From Polyangiaceae bacterium (GTDB taxonomy: Bacteria; Myxococcota_A; Polyangia; Polyangiales; Polyangiaceae), in the NCBI GenBank assembly GCA_965222375.1, contig CBDCTZ010000016.1, positions 2,048,001 through 2,112,000 of the forward strand: a stretch of 64,000 bases of DNA, read 5' to 3'. This document shows, one piece after another, positions 29,931-39,375 of this stretch. The notes under the pieces were generated by a model. It worked only from the letters and a program-made list of their open reading frames with translations, did no database searches and was not told the DNA's origin. The position numbers and the translations under genes are program-made. Each line of letters opens with the position of its first letter. Position 1 is the stretch's first letter.

Positions 29931-30265
29931 GACGCCGTTGCGTGGGTCACCCAGCGCACGCACACCCTCGCCGCGAGCCCGAGCGCTTGCGTCATCGCCC
30001 GGAGACAACTGTCCTCTACCGGACGGTGGCCGAGCACTGGCCGGCGTTCCTGGAGCGTGCTGAGGAGCAGGGTGGTCTGCCTCGCTTCGTGACGGCCGAG
30101 TTCGAGGAGTACCTGCGCTGCGGTTTGCTGGAGCATGGCTGTTTGCGTCTTGCCTGTCGCGACTGCGGCTACTCTGAGCTGGTCGCCTTCAGCTGCAAGC
30201 GGCGCGGATTCTGTCCCTCTTGCCTCGGTCGCCGCATGAAGGACGCTTCATGATGCATCACCTCG

Positions 30266-32350
30266 CTATGTCTTTGGAATTGTTAGGTTGAGTTGGTTCG
30301 GTGCAGGTCCAGTGTTCTTGCCTTGTCGGTATGCACGTGCTCGGGTGGTGATGCGCTCGGCTGCGTCCGAGCCCACGACATCGCTGCGAGCGAAGATCCA
30401 GGGTCCATTCGGTAGCGGATGCTGCGAGGGAATTTCGTTTCGCTGCGCTGCGCGTCGTAGCGTCTTCGGATCGACCTGAACAAGAGCTGCAGCTTCTTCG
30501 CAGGTCAGCCATTCGCCCCGATCACGCTGCTTCGAGCACGGTTCGATCTTGTATCGATGGCGTACAGACGCGACCAGCGCCCGGCTGTAGTGGCCTCCCG
30601 TGGGCGTGCGCACACCAGCGCGCCCAAGCCATCGGGCGATCTGCATGTCGCCCATGACGCGCGCGAGCACGCGCACGGCTTCGACGACTTCGGCAGCTGT
30701 GGTGTTGCGACGTTGGCCAGTGCGACGCTTGGGGACACGTAACTCGGTGTGCACCCCTCCCTTCCAGTGCACGACGAGGAGGATCTCGGAGCGCTCGGTG
30801 TCCACGTCAACCCAAACCTGCTCCACCACAGCGCGCGTGATGCGTTTCTTCGTGGATGGCTTGGTCGTAGGCGCTGTCCACACGCGTTCCACGTCGCGTG
30901 CGAGCTCGAGATATCGCCCGATGTCGGGTGGGCGCGAGACCTCTGCCCGCGTTGCCGTGGCCTCGCCGATGCGCTGCTCGACTGTGCGTACGGCTTCGAG
31001 GGCAGTATTCCATCGGCGCTCGAGTTCGACGGCCACGGTGCGGTTTTCAGGCTCGACAGCATCGTATTGACGTTCAGCGCGTTGAGCCTCGTAGCGCGCC
31101 TGTTGCAGCTGCAGTTCCAGCGCAGCCACGGCATCATCACGTTCCGCCACGTCCTGGTCCCATGCAACGTGGGCAGCTTCGATCGCACCCGGCCGCACGA
31201 CAGCGAGCACCCGCTCGACGATCTGCGCGTCCACGTCGGTTGCGCTGAACGAGATGCATCGCGGTCCACCGGAGCGGTCGTGGTCATCGTTGCATGTGTA
31301 GCGAGCAATACCTTGCTTTGTCCCGCTATAACTCACGCCCAGGCGGCGGCCGCAACGGCGACACCAAACGAGGCCGCCCAGGAGTGCAGCGCCACCCTTG
31401 GGTGCTCCTGCTGCTCCTCGCCTCTGTTCGTTCTTTGACAACATTTGTGACGCACGCTCGAACTGCTCCCAGCTGATATATGCCTCGTGACGGTCCCGAA
31501 GCAACACCGACCACTGGTCTCGAGGCACTCGCGTAGCGGCACGTCGGGGCTGTCCGTCCACGATACGGGTGTGGACTTTGGTCCGTCCGTACACGTAGGC
31601 GCCCGCATAAATCGGATTCTTCAGTGTCCGATAGACGAAGTCGGCCGTCGGCTTCTTCCAGACAACCTCGCCACGCCGATTGCGGTTCACGGGTGTCTGA
31701 ATGCCGCTCTCGCGCATCCATATCACCACCTGTCGCGCACTACCCAGTTCGAAGAACTTGGAGAAGACTAGCTCGATGGCCTGCCGGATACGTGCGTCCG
31801 GCGCCTTCTCGAGGCGTCCATCACCTCCCACTCGGTAACCCACCGGAACGCCCGCAACCAATTCCCCGCGCTGCGCTTTCTGCCTTTGTGCCTCCAATCC
31901 ACGCATGCGTAGCAGGTCGAGCTCGTACTCGTTGAGGCTGCCCTTGAGCCCCAAGAGCAAACGGTCGTTGCTATGTCGCGGCGCATACACCGTGTCGTGA
32001 TCCACCAGCAGCGTGTCGACCACGCGACAGATCTCGATGAGTTGCTGCCACTCCCGACTGTTGCGCGCGAAACGCGAAACTTCCCGGGCGGCCACGGCAC
32101 CCACCTGACCAAGGGAAACGTCAGCGACCAGCCGGCGGAAACCTCTGCGCTCGACGGACCCAGCTGCCGATTTGCCCAGGTCCTCATCGATCACGTCGAC
32201 CTCGCGAAACCCCAACTCGCGCAATCGGTCACGCATCGCGTATTGCTGCCGCTGGCTTTCGCGGTTGTTCATCAGCTGTTGCTGGGACGACTGGCGTACG
32301 TACAGGATCGCGCGTCGCGCCACGTGGTGTTCGCCGATCTTCTCATTCAT
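30266..32350 (-). CDS. Large serine recombinase, copy 3
   Basis: Identical 694-aa protein. Confidence 0.95.
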   Translation of the reverse strand: MNEKIGEHHVARRAILYVRQSSQQQLMNNRESQRQQYAMRDRLRELGFREVDVIDEDLGKSAAGSVERRGFRRLVADVSLGQVGAVAAREVSRFARNSREWQQLIEICRVVDTLLVDHDTVYAPRHSNDRLLLGLKGSLNEYELDLLRMRGLEAQRQKAQRGELVAGVPVGYRVGGDGRLEKAPDARIRQAIELVFSKFFELGSARQVVIWMRESGIQTPVNRNRRGEVVWKKPTADFVYRTLKNPIYAGAYVYGRTKVHTRIVDGQPRRAATRVPRDQWSVLLRDRHEAYISWEQFERASQMLSKNEQRRGAAGAPKGGAALLGGLVWCRRCGRRLGVSYSGTKQGIARYTCNDDHDRSGGPRCISFSATDVDAQIVERVLAVVRPGAIEAAHVAWDQDVAERDDAVAALELQLQQARYEAQRAERQYDAVEPENRTVAVELERRWNTALEAVRTVEQRIGEATATRAEVSRPPDIGRYLELARDVERVWTAPTTKPSTKKRITRAVVEQVWVDVDTERSEILLVVHWKGGVHTELRVPKRRTGQRRNTTAAEVVEAVRVLARVMGDMQIARWLGRAGVRTPTGGHYSRALVASVRHRYKIEPCSKQRDRGEWLTCEEAAALVQVDPKTLRRAAQRNEIPSQHPLPNGPWIFARSDVVGSDAAERITTRARAYRQGKNTGPAPNQLNLTIPKT

Positions 32351-32525
32351 GATGACCTCCCTTTCGTCTTCCGAGTTGTCGTCGGCTGTGTTGTCGGAGC
32401 GCTTCGGCGAGCAGCGTGATGACCTCCTTGCGCGACGCTTCGGGAAGTGCCTTCCACCTCGGAAGCGGCGGGCCGGGTTGTGGCAGAACCATTTGAACCC
32501 CGCGTCTTCGTCTGCGCTTCTTCAT
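32343..32525 (-). CDS. Small basic accessory protein, copy 3
   Basis: Identical 60-aa ORF. Confidence 0.55.
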   Translation of the reverse strand: MKKRRRRRGVQMVLPQPGPPLPRWKALPEASRKEVITLLAEALRQHSRRQLGRRKGGHHE

Positions 32526-32835
32526 GCGCCGTCAGTGCCCCCGACTCGTGCCCCATGTCCAGCGCTCGGGACTCCTCCAGCAGGCAGCGGAGCTCTTCGA
32601 GCGCGCTCATCGACACGCGCGGTTCAGCTTCGACCCGCATCCCCGCGCAGGACACCGGGTCCAGCATCCACGCAGGGATGCTCACGAGTCGGTCCGGCGC
32701 GCCCGGGCCTACCAAACAGCGGAGCATGCCGAAAGCGCCACGACAAACCACCGCGACGGCCTGACCATGCAACGGGTGCCACGCGTAAACGACGGTACGC
32801 ACACCGGTCTTGTGCGCATCATGTTGTATTGCTGA
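32347..32835 (-). CDS. orfA body, copy 3
   Basis: As copies 1 and 2. Confidence 0.65.
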   Translation of the reverse strand, partial: SAIQHDAHKTGVRTVVYAWHPLHGQAVAVVCRGAFGMLRCLVGPGAPDRLVSIPAWMLDPVSCAGMRVEAEPRVSMSALEELRCLLEESRALDMGHESGALTAHEEAQTKTRGSNGSATTRPAASEVEGTSRSVAQGGHHAARRSAPTTQPTTTRKTKGRSS

Positions 32836-33325
32836 TGGCCGACGTCGCCGTGCACCTCGAAGAGCGCATCCTGCCCCGCGTTCCCATCCGTCACTGGAAG
32901 TCATTCCTCGCACCGAGTGGGAGTTGTCCCAGAGCCATCCGACGACGACGACGCACCCAAGCCGCCTCCCGCCCCCGGCGATCAGCTCGAGTTGCTCGAC
33001 GAGACCGACGACCCTTGGGAATCCCCGACGGGGACGACGCTCCGCACTCACGCAGGCCCTGGGCTTGGCTGCTCGCGCACGTCTTCAAGGCGGAAATGGA
33101 GCACTGCCCACACTGCAACGGTCCGTTGCGACGCGCTTCGTGATATCCGCGGGGGTGCCGGGCTGAGGTAGCAACGACACGTGCCGACATCACGCGCCTT
33201 CTGGCCGAGCAGGGTGACGCGGCCCGGAAGGCCGTCAAGCTCCCCGGAGACCAAAGACCCCTCCCTGCACAATTGGCGTGATCCACGCCAGCTGCTCGAG
33301 GGTCGGATACGCCGCTAGTCCACGC

Positions 33326-33853
33326 TCACCCTGGGGCGCGCCGCGGTGGTTCCGAATGTGTGCTTCTGACCAGAAGAACAAGCTGCGTCGCGCACTGGGT
33401 TTCGACCCGGCACTTGATCGTCTTCTTTCTCAGTTGCCCTTGCACGAAGGGTGTCGCTAGCGCGTCAACCGCTCAGGCGGCCCACAGCTCCGGCCCGTCG
33501 TCGATGCGTACTTGATGCGGGGTGGGATCGACGGTCAATGGATATACCCAAGTGACGTCGCCCCGCTGGTTGCAGACCAAGAAAGCTTTCCGCCGCTCGA
33601 GCCGCGCCAAGATGTCCTTCACGCGGTCGACAGGCAGTTTCATCTCGTCGGAAATTTCTTGTGCCGGGATCGGACGGGCGACATCTGCCAAGTGCGTCGT
33701 GACAAAGGCTCTCACTCGGCGGTGTTCGTCATCTGGCAGCGCGTCGAACGCTGCCCGGAAGCCACGCTCTGCGAAGCGCATCGCCCGCGACCACAGACCG
33801 TGCGGGATCCGAAGTAGGTGGCGTCTCACTCCAACTCGCAGCGCGTCTTGCAT
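33326..33853 (-). CDS. MerB (organomercurial lyase)-like protein with in-frame UGA, probably selenocysteine; C-terminus probably degraded
   Basis: 'WVYPLTVDPTPHQV..LWAA-UGA(33473-33475)-AVDALATPF..RVETQCA' aligns by eye with the MerB 'LYAWCALD' region. Confidence 0.65.
33437..33451 (-). promoter_or_regulatory. SECIS-like hairpin
   Basis: CCCUU-CGUGC-AAGGG; loop begins 26 nt after the UGA. Confidence 0.5.
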
Positions 33854-34069
33854 CACGGTCGCGATGCTGCTCGACAAGCCCACGCTTGTCGAGGGCCGTC
33901 TGCGGCTGGCTAGCGTCAAGGCGTGGGGCCGTGCGGGAGTAGTGCCCATACTGGCAGTAGCGGCGGCTCCGGCGGCTCACGGACCCCTGCGTGCCCGGGC
34001 TGACTTTGTGTCGAGTGGTGAGAAAAATACTGCACCCAGACCGAGCAGTCGCGCGTGACCGGCTCGGCC

Positions 34070-34255
34070 GATGGCTCACGTCGACCACTGACCCTCAAAA
34101 CAGCGACGTGCCATACTACTCGCCGGATGGAAGCAAGATCGTTTTCCACAGCAACAGAAGACGGCGAGGTTGGGCTGTACGTGCTGGATACGTCGACTGA
34201 CGAGAGCGCCCATCTGACTAGCGAAGTCGAGTGGTGCGACTGGATTGAGCTTTGA
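34070..34255 (+). pseudogene. TolB/PD40-repeat 3' fragment, frameshifted
   Basis: 'PYYSPDGSKIVFHSNR' then 'DGEVGLYVLD' in another frame. Confidence 0.6.
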
Positions 34256-34313
34256 ACACGAGCTGGCGGAGTCGCGAACGAGAGCGCTTTGGACAACGAG
34301 TGAGGTTGCGCAA

Positions 34314-35429
34314 ATGAAACGAACAACCGCGAAGAGAGCTGGGGCCGGATCGCTGATGACGATGCTCGCCTTTTTGTTCTTGGGCTGTGGGAGTCAGGCG
34401 CCTGCGGACGAGGGCAGTTACGACGCCGGTGGGAGTGGCCAACTCGACGCAGAAGTGGACAGCGCCGTGAACTCCGGCCGTTGCACCGGAAATGGGCTGA
34501 TCGCGCTTGTCGACCACGATTCGAACGGTCGGCAGCAGTTGTACACGGTGAAACCCGATGGAACCGACCGCAGGCAGTTGACGTTCTTCGAAAACGGTGA
34601 CGGCTACAACGGGCTCCCCAGCTGGTCCGGTGACGGGTCGAGGTTGGTCTACAGTACCACGACCGACCCCGCGAGCCCGCAGCGGGATGTCTGGATGATG
34701 AATGCCGACGGTTCCAACAAGCAGCTACTCATCGAAGACGCACTCTTCCCCGCCTGGGGGACGAACGCGATCGTGTACATGCGGCACAGCGACCTGAGCC
34801 TGTACATCGTCGACGTTGCGGGCGACAAAGCGGGAGCGCCGCGACTACTGGTTGCGCCTGGGTCAGAGTTCTTCGTGGCTCTGCACCCAGCCTGGTCTCG
34901 GGATGGCAAGACCGTTGCCTTTGCGGCCTACACGACCCAAGACCCGGATCTCGATGACGTCAGCTTCGGCTGCGAAGCGCAGAGCTTCTCGGCAGACGTC
35001 TGGCTCATCGACGCCGATGGTCAGAATCTGCGCAAGCTCACCACCGATGATTCCCACTTCAATCAGGATCTGGCGGGGAAGCAGCTCAATTCGGCGTTCG
35101 ACGCGAACGCGCCAGACTGGTCGCCGACCGGCGACCAAGTGGCCTTTTGGTCAGGGCAGGAGTTTTGTCGCGGCAATCTCTGGAAGATGAACGCCGACGG
35201 CACGGGGCGCGTTCAAGTGACGTTCAACGACAGCACGAAGTTCAACAACGACGATCCGGCATGGTCGCCTGACGGTGAGTACCTTCTGTACGGAACCCAG
35301 AAATCAATGACCAGGCCCGAGCTCTGGGTGGTTCGAAGCGATGGGTCGAGTGCCGAGGACCACTTCGTGACCACGACGACGCCCTCACCGTTTCCGGGCG
35401 ATGCGGCTTGGCAGCCGCGGTGCAAATGA
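34314..35429 (+). CDS. TolB-like PD40 beta-propeller lipoprotein
   Basis: 'FLGC' lipobox; repeated 'PxWSxDG' and 'MNADG'. Confidence 0.85.
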   Translation: MKRTTAKRAGAGSLMTMLAFLFLGCGSQAPADEGSYDAGGSGQLDAEVDSAVNSGRCTGNGLIALVDHDSNGRQQLYTVKPDGTDRRQLTFFENGDGYNGLPSWSGDGSRLVYSTTTDPASPQRDVWMMNADGSNKQLLIEDALFPAWGTNAIVYMRHSDLSLYIVDVAGDKAGAPRLLVAPGSEFFVALHPAWSRDGKTVAFAAYTTQDPDLDDVSFGCEAQSFSADVWLIDADGQNLRKLTTDDSHFNQDLAGKQLNSAFDANAPDWSPTGDQVAFWSGQEFCRGNLWKMNADGTGRVQVTFNDSTKFNNDDPAWSPDGEYLLYGTQKSMTRPELWVVRSDGSSAEDHFVTTTTPSPFPGDAAWQPRCK

Positions 35430-35493
35430 GGCCCGCGTGGGGCGCCAACGTCGCCAACGAAAGTGACGTCGGGCAGCGGATGGGAGGCAAGCA

Positions 35494-35646
35494 CGCTGGC
35501 TCTACGCTTGCGCAACACGGACGCGGAAGTCAGCGCGCTCCAAGAGTGATGCAGCGTCAATGCGCTCCGCGAGCGGCCCGCACGAGAATAGTGCCGCAAT
35601 GTCGCACCATCGCCACGACCCCAAAACCAGGACGGAGTCAAGAGGG
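35494..35646 (+). repeat. Right copy of the SulP 3'-end direct repeat; right boundary of island
   Basis: Encodes LALRLRNTDAEVSALQE* again. Confidence 0.92.
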
Positions 35647-35675
35647 TTGCTTGCCTCATCCGGGCTGAGACGAGC

Positions 35676-36698
35676 CTAGGGCAATGCGCTCGGTAGGCGT
35701 CGAGTAGCCGGCGCAATGCCAACGGCGATCGCGGGGAAAGCTTCGTCATCGTCGCTGCCCGCTCGCTGAGTCACGAAGAGCAGGGTGTACCCGTCGCGGG
35801 GCAATACCGCGGGCGCTCGGGGGAGGCGTGGACCGGTCAAGGCGGGTGCGGGGTTGCGGGACATGGGTCCCGAACTCGCGTAGCGCCCGGCCAGGCCGAC
35901 TCCAGTCGCGCCGCTGTTGGATGTGCCAGTGTAGTACAGCCGCGTGACGGCGCGCCCTTCGGCAGTGGTGGCTGCCCACGCCTCCGGATCTCCTACCGCC
36001 ATCGCGTCGAAGGCATCGCCCGCGCCTGCTTCCAGCACCGGCAACTCTTCCCTCGTCCAGGTAGAGCCATCCCCGGACCGAGCTTCACCGATGCGGCCAT
36101 TGGCTGCGAAAAACAGTACGGTGACTCCGCTGCTCAAAGGGAGCAGGGCCGGCGCAGCGGGCACCGCAGAGCCTTCCCAGGGTTTCGCACCGCTCACGGA
36201 AAGCGCTGGCGAAGCCGCGTTGCTGAAGCTAGTCCCGTCCCCAGAGCGCGCGATACCGATCCCTTCCGCGCCGGAGTAGGCCAGCCACACCTCGCCGCCG
36301 ACCCGCGCAACCGATGGCGCCTCGAGCGTCGCACCTTCCCAAGCCTCCGCGGCCTGTAAGATCGGTGCGCTCGGGTCCGGCTGCTCCAGAAAGCTGCGAC
36401 CGTCTTCAGCGATGAAACGATAGATACCCGAGACGCCACCGATGGTGGCCGGCGCGTAGAGTGCTACGCGCTGTCCATCCAAAGCCAATAGGGTGGCATC
36501 TCGGTGGTCTACGGAGCGGCGCCGCAGCGTGTAGGGCGCGTTGCTCGCCAATTCCGGGCGCACCAGGTAACGAAACGGGCCCGCCTTGTTGTTGGGCCGC
36601 ACCGCGTCATCGTCCCCGGCTTCGTTGGCCAAGGTGGCACAAGCCGCCGCAGCCAAGCAGGGCGTTAGCCAACCGAGTCGCGCCACCGTGCGCTTCAT
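35676..36698 (-). CDS. Lipoprotein, five-bladed beta-propeller glycosidase-like
   Basis: 'AAAAC' lipobox; 'WE..EAPSV', 'IGIARSGDG', 'VGDP..LYYTG'. Confidence 0.7.
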   Translation of the reverse strand: MKRTVARLGWLTPCLAAAACATLANEAGDDDAVRPNNKAGPFRYLVRPELASNAPYTLRRRSVDHRDATLLALDGQRVALYAPATIGGVSGIYRFIAEDGRSFLEQPDPSAPILQAAEAWEGATLEAPSVARVGGEVWLAYSGAEGIGIARSGDGTSFSNAASPALSVSGAKPWEGSAVPAAPALLPLSSGVTVLFFAANGRIGEARSGDGSTWTREELPVLEAGAGDAFDAMAVGDPEAWAATTAEGRAVTRLYYTGTSNSGATGVGLAGRYASSGPMSRNPAPALTGPRLPRAPAVLPRDGYTLLFVTQRAGSDDDEAFPAIAVGIAPATRRLPSALP

Positions 36699-38044
36699 TG
36701 AAACCCCACGCCTAGCGTTGCTCCCAAGTTCATGATGGTTCCGCGGGCGCGGTAATCGCCGACGTAGTCCGCTGGATTGTCCTTCAGGGTGACTCGCGTT
36801 GGTAGCACTGACCACTGGAGGTGTGCGTCGAAGCGCAGATCCCCGGGCAGGACCTCGCCCGGATCCGACATCACGAAACCCGAGCCCACAGAAAAGACGT
36901 GACGGTGGGCGTCGACGAAGTTGGTCACGCCTGTCTGAGGCGGCACCGGCGAGTGCTCGTAGAAGTACCCTGCGCGCAAGGGCACGCTGAAGTCCCGAAC
37001 GACCTCCAGGAAGTACTCGACGCCCACGCGCGGGACCAAGCGGTTCTTGAAGTTTGGGTCCTCCACCTTCGTGGGCTTTGGGTTTTCCGGAAGCTCGAAG
37101 TTCGCCGGAACGTTCACATCCAAGACGGTCTGAGAACGGCTCACCGGGCTCTTGTACGCCGCCCAATTCACCCAGGTCACGTCTGCCGAAACCCGGAGCT
37201 GTCTGGTCAGCTGGTAGCCACCGCCGACCACGACCTGCTGGGGAATGAAGGCGTTCACGGTGGCCGACGTGAGGGTGTAGCGCGCTGGTACCTGCAACAG
37301 CGTGGCGTCGATGTCGCCGGCGAGCTCTGCGTCGATGTTCAAGGCGATTTCGGCTTGCCCCCGATACACGGCCGCCACGTCGAGTTCGCGCGTGGGGCGC
37401 ACGGTCACGCCGAACTGCGGGTAGCGCACCGAGGTTAGATCCGCGTCCACTTCGTGCTCGAGTTCCGAGTCGTACTCAGTGCGGCTGCCACTCGGCAGGA
37501 CTGCAGTTCCTCGAATTCCAAACCGGCCCTGGGTGGCGGCCAGCCAAGTGATGCCGCCGCCGACCGAAAGCCAGTGGACGGGACGAAGAGCTACGCCGGC
37601 GGACAAGTATAAGAGTTGGGGCCGGTTGTCGTACAAGAGCCAGCGAGGTGTGTCTTGGCGTGTGCTCCGGGCTCGAGACAGTCTTTCGTCGGACAGGTGG
37701 GTAGCAATGCCAAACGCGAAGGGCAGGGTGCCCACGCTGCCTGGTGCGACGATTCCTCCCACCAGGCCGCGCACGGGATCCAATTGGCTATCCTGGCCGT
37801 TCATCTCCAGTCGATGAGCAACGCTGGCGTAGCCCACGGACAGATCCGTTCCGCGGGTAAGTGCCAGGCCGGAAGGGTTGTAGTAGCAAGCGGAGAAATC
37901 CCGAACGCTCGCACTCATGGCACCGCCAAGGGCCGTCGAGCGCGAGCCCAGACCGTAGGTGTCTACGGGGCTGGCTGCAGCGGACGTCGGCAGCAACGAG
38001 CCCGATACAGCCGCTACCACAACGAGTCCAAAACGCGCTCGCAT
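36695..38044 (-). CDS. OmpP1/FadL-family outer-membrane transporter
   Basis: 'YGLGSRSTALGGA..YYNPSGL', 'LRAGY', terminal F. Confidence 0.85.
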   Translation of the reverse strand: MRARFGLVVVAAVSGSLLPTSAAASPVDTYGLGSRSTALGGAMSASVRDFSACYYNPSGLALTRGTDLSVGYASVAHRLEMNGQDSQLDPVRGLVGGIVAPGSVGTLPFAFGIATHLSDERLSRARSTRQDTPRWLLYDNRPQLLYLSAGVALRPVHWLSVGGGITWLAATQGRFGIRGTAVLPSGSRTEYDSELEHEVDADLTSVRYPQFGVTVRPTRELDVAAVYRGQAEIALNIDAELAGDIDATLLQVPARYTLTSATVNAFIPQQVVVGGGYQLTRQLRVSADVTWVNWAAYKSPVSRSQTVLDVNVPANFELPENPKPTKVEDPNFKNRLVPRVGVEYFLEVVRDFSVPLRAGYFYEHSPVPPQTGVTNFVDAHRHVFSVGSGFVMSDPGEVLPGDLRFDAHLQWSVLPTRVTLKDNPADYVGDYRARGTIMNLGATLGVGFQ

Positions 38045-39375
38045 CAGAACTTCACTCCCAGGATCAGCCCGAAGTTCTGTACCGTGCCGCGGCTCTCGAT
38101 GCTCGGCGCGCCCGGATTGTCTGCGGGCACGGTCGAGTCCTTGTCGTGGCTGCGCGGTGCGAGGAATTGCAGCTGGTAGAAGGCGTCCACGCTGATGGGT
38201 GGCAGCGGCTCTACGAGATCGATTCCGTATCCGGCAGCGGCTACGTGTCGGTGGCTATCGAGCACATTCATGCTGCCCGTTTGTTCGGGCAGCGGGCTGG
38301 GCTCGAAGGCGTATCCGGCGCGCAGCTCTGCGCGTGCGCGAGCGGAAAGGTCGAATCCAAACATCGCTCCGACCCGAGGCACGACAACATCGTGAAAATC
38401 GATGGCCTGGACCTTGAGCGCAGCGCAGTCTGGCTGCGTGCTTGGGCATTTCACGGTCGGTCGCTGGAAGCCGTCGAAGGCCGACCAGCGCTTCCAGGTC
38501 GCACCGGCGACCACGGTCAGCTGATCGAAGCGATGGCTGACTTCAGCCTGAAGCGCCATGGGATCGTATTGCGCGATGCCAGAGATGTTCAGGGTAGGCA
38601 CGACGAGGCTACCCAGATCGCGAACCTCCACGATGACGTCGAACTCGCCTTCTAGGGCGCCGCGCCAAGTGAGGCCGAATTGGGTGTCCTCGAGCTGGTA
38701 GGCAGCGCCGAAGATCGGCGCGTAGGTGGCGATCAACTGATCGTCCACGGTCGTGCCCACGCGACCCGAGGTGTCCGTCTGCACGACAACTGTGCCCACC
38801 AGTTCTGCCAGCGCCAGAAAGCCCGCTCCGACTTGCAGCCCATGTCCCAGATCCACCCCCAAGCCCAGGTTGAAGTTCAGAGTCTGTGCGCGGTCGGTCA
38901 GCAGCGGGAACTGCGCCCGCTCGGGGTAGAGCAGCCGGGCGCGCGCGATGAGCTGCGTCGGCGTGTAGGTGCCTAGACCCAGAGTGAGTCGGTCTTCCAA
39001 CACGCCGCCAAAGGGCAGAGGCAGTACCACTCCGATGAACGTTCCCGCGACACCGTCCTCGGACAGATCACCGGGGGCGTTGGGGCCACGCGCTTCCAGC
39101 GAGAGCTTGGCGGCCTGATAACCCAAGCTCAGCTGACGATTGCGGCTGAGAGCGAGTAGTGCCGGGTTGGCATAGGTCGCGGAAAAGCCCCTAGCGACGG
39201 CAGGGCCGGCGCCGGCCATGGCTTGGGGGCGCGGGCCAAAGCCGTAGAGTTCTGCGGGGGACGCACTCGCAGCGCCGCACAGCGCGCTGCACGCCAGCCC
39301 GACAAGGTACGCATAGGATCTGTGGTGGGTCACGAACTCGACTCTACGGTGCGGGTACGCGTCCGACGGGTTCAT
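38044..39375 (-). CDS. OmpP1/FadL-family outer-membrane transporter (paralog)
   Basis: 'YGFGPRPQAMAGA..YANPALL', 'LRAGY', terminal F; start uncertain. Confidence 0.85.
   Translation of the reverse strand: MNPSDAYPHRRVEFVTHHRSYAYLVGLACSALCGAASASPAELYGFGPRPQAMAGAGPAVARGFSATYANPALLALSRNRQLSLGYQAAKLSLEARGPNAPGDLSEDGVAGTFIGVVLPLPFGGVLEDRLTLGLGTYTPTQLIARARLLYPERAQFPLLTDRAQTLNFNLGLGVDLGHGLQVGAGFLALAELVGTVVVQTDTSGRVGTTVDDQLIATYAPIFGAAYQLEDTQFGLTWRGALEGEFDVIVEVRDLGSLVVPTLNISGIAQYDPMALQAEVSHRFDQLTVVAGATWKRWSAFDGFQRPTVKCPSTQPDCAALKVQAIDFHDVVVPRVGAMFGFDLSARARAELRAGYAFEPSPLPEQTGSMNVLDSHRHVAAAGYGIDLVEPLPPISVDAFYQLQFLAPRSHDKDSTVPADNPGAPSIESRGTVQNFGLILGVKF

Larger units (their letters stand above)
30239..32834 (-). 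mobile_element. 2596 bp LSR integrative element, copy 3
   Basis: Flanked by ATG at 30236-30238 and 32835-32837. Confidence 0.93.
29942..33210 (+). pseudogene. IS91 transposase remnant C, interrupted by LSR copy 3 and internally deleted
   Basis: ..CPSCLGRRM | ADVAVHLEERILPRVPIRHW, then a jump at ~32897 to the C-terminal 'WAWLLAHVFK..CPHC'. Confidence 0.88.
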
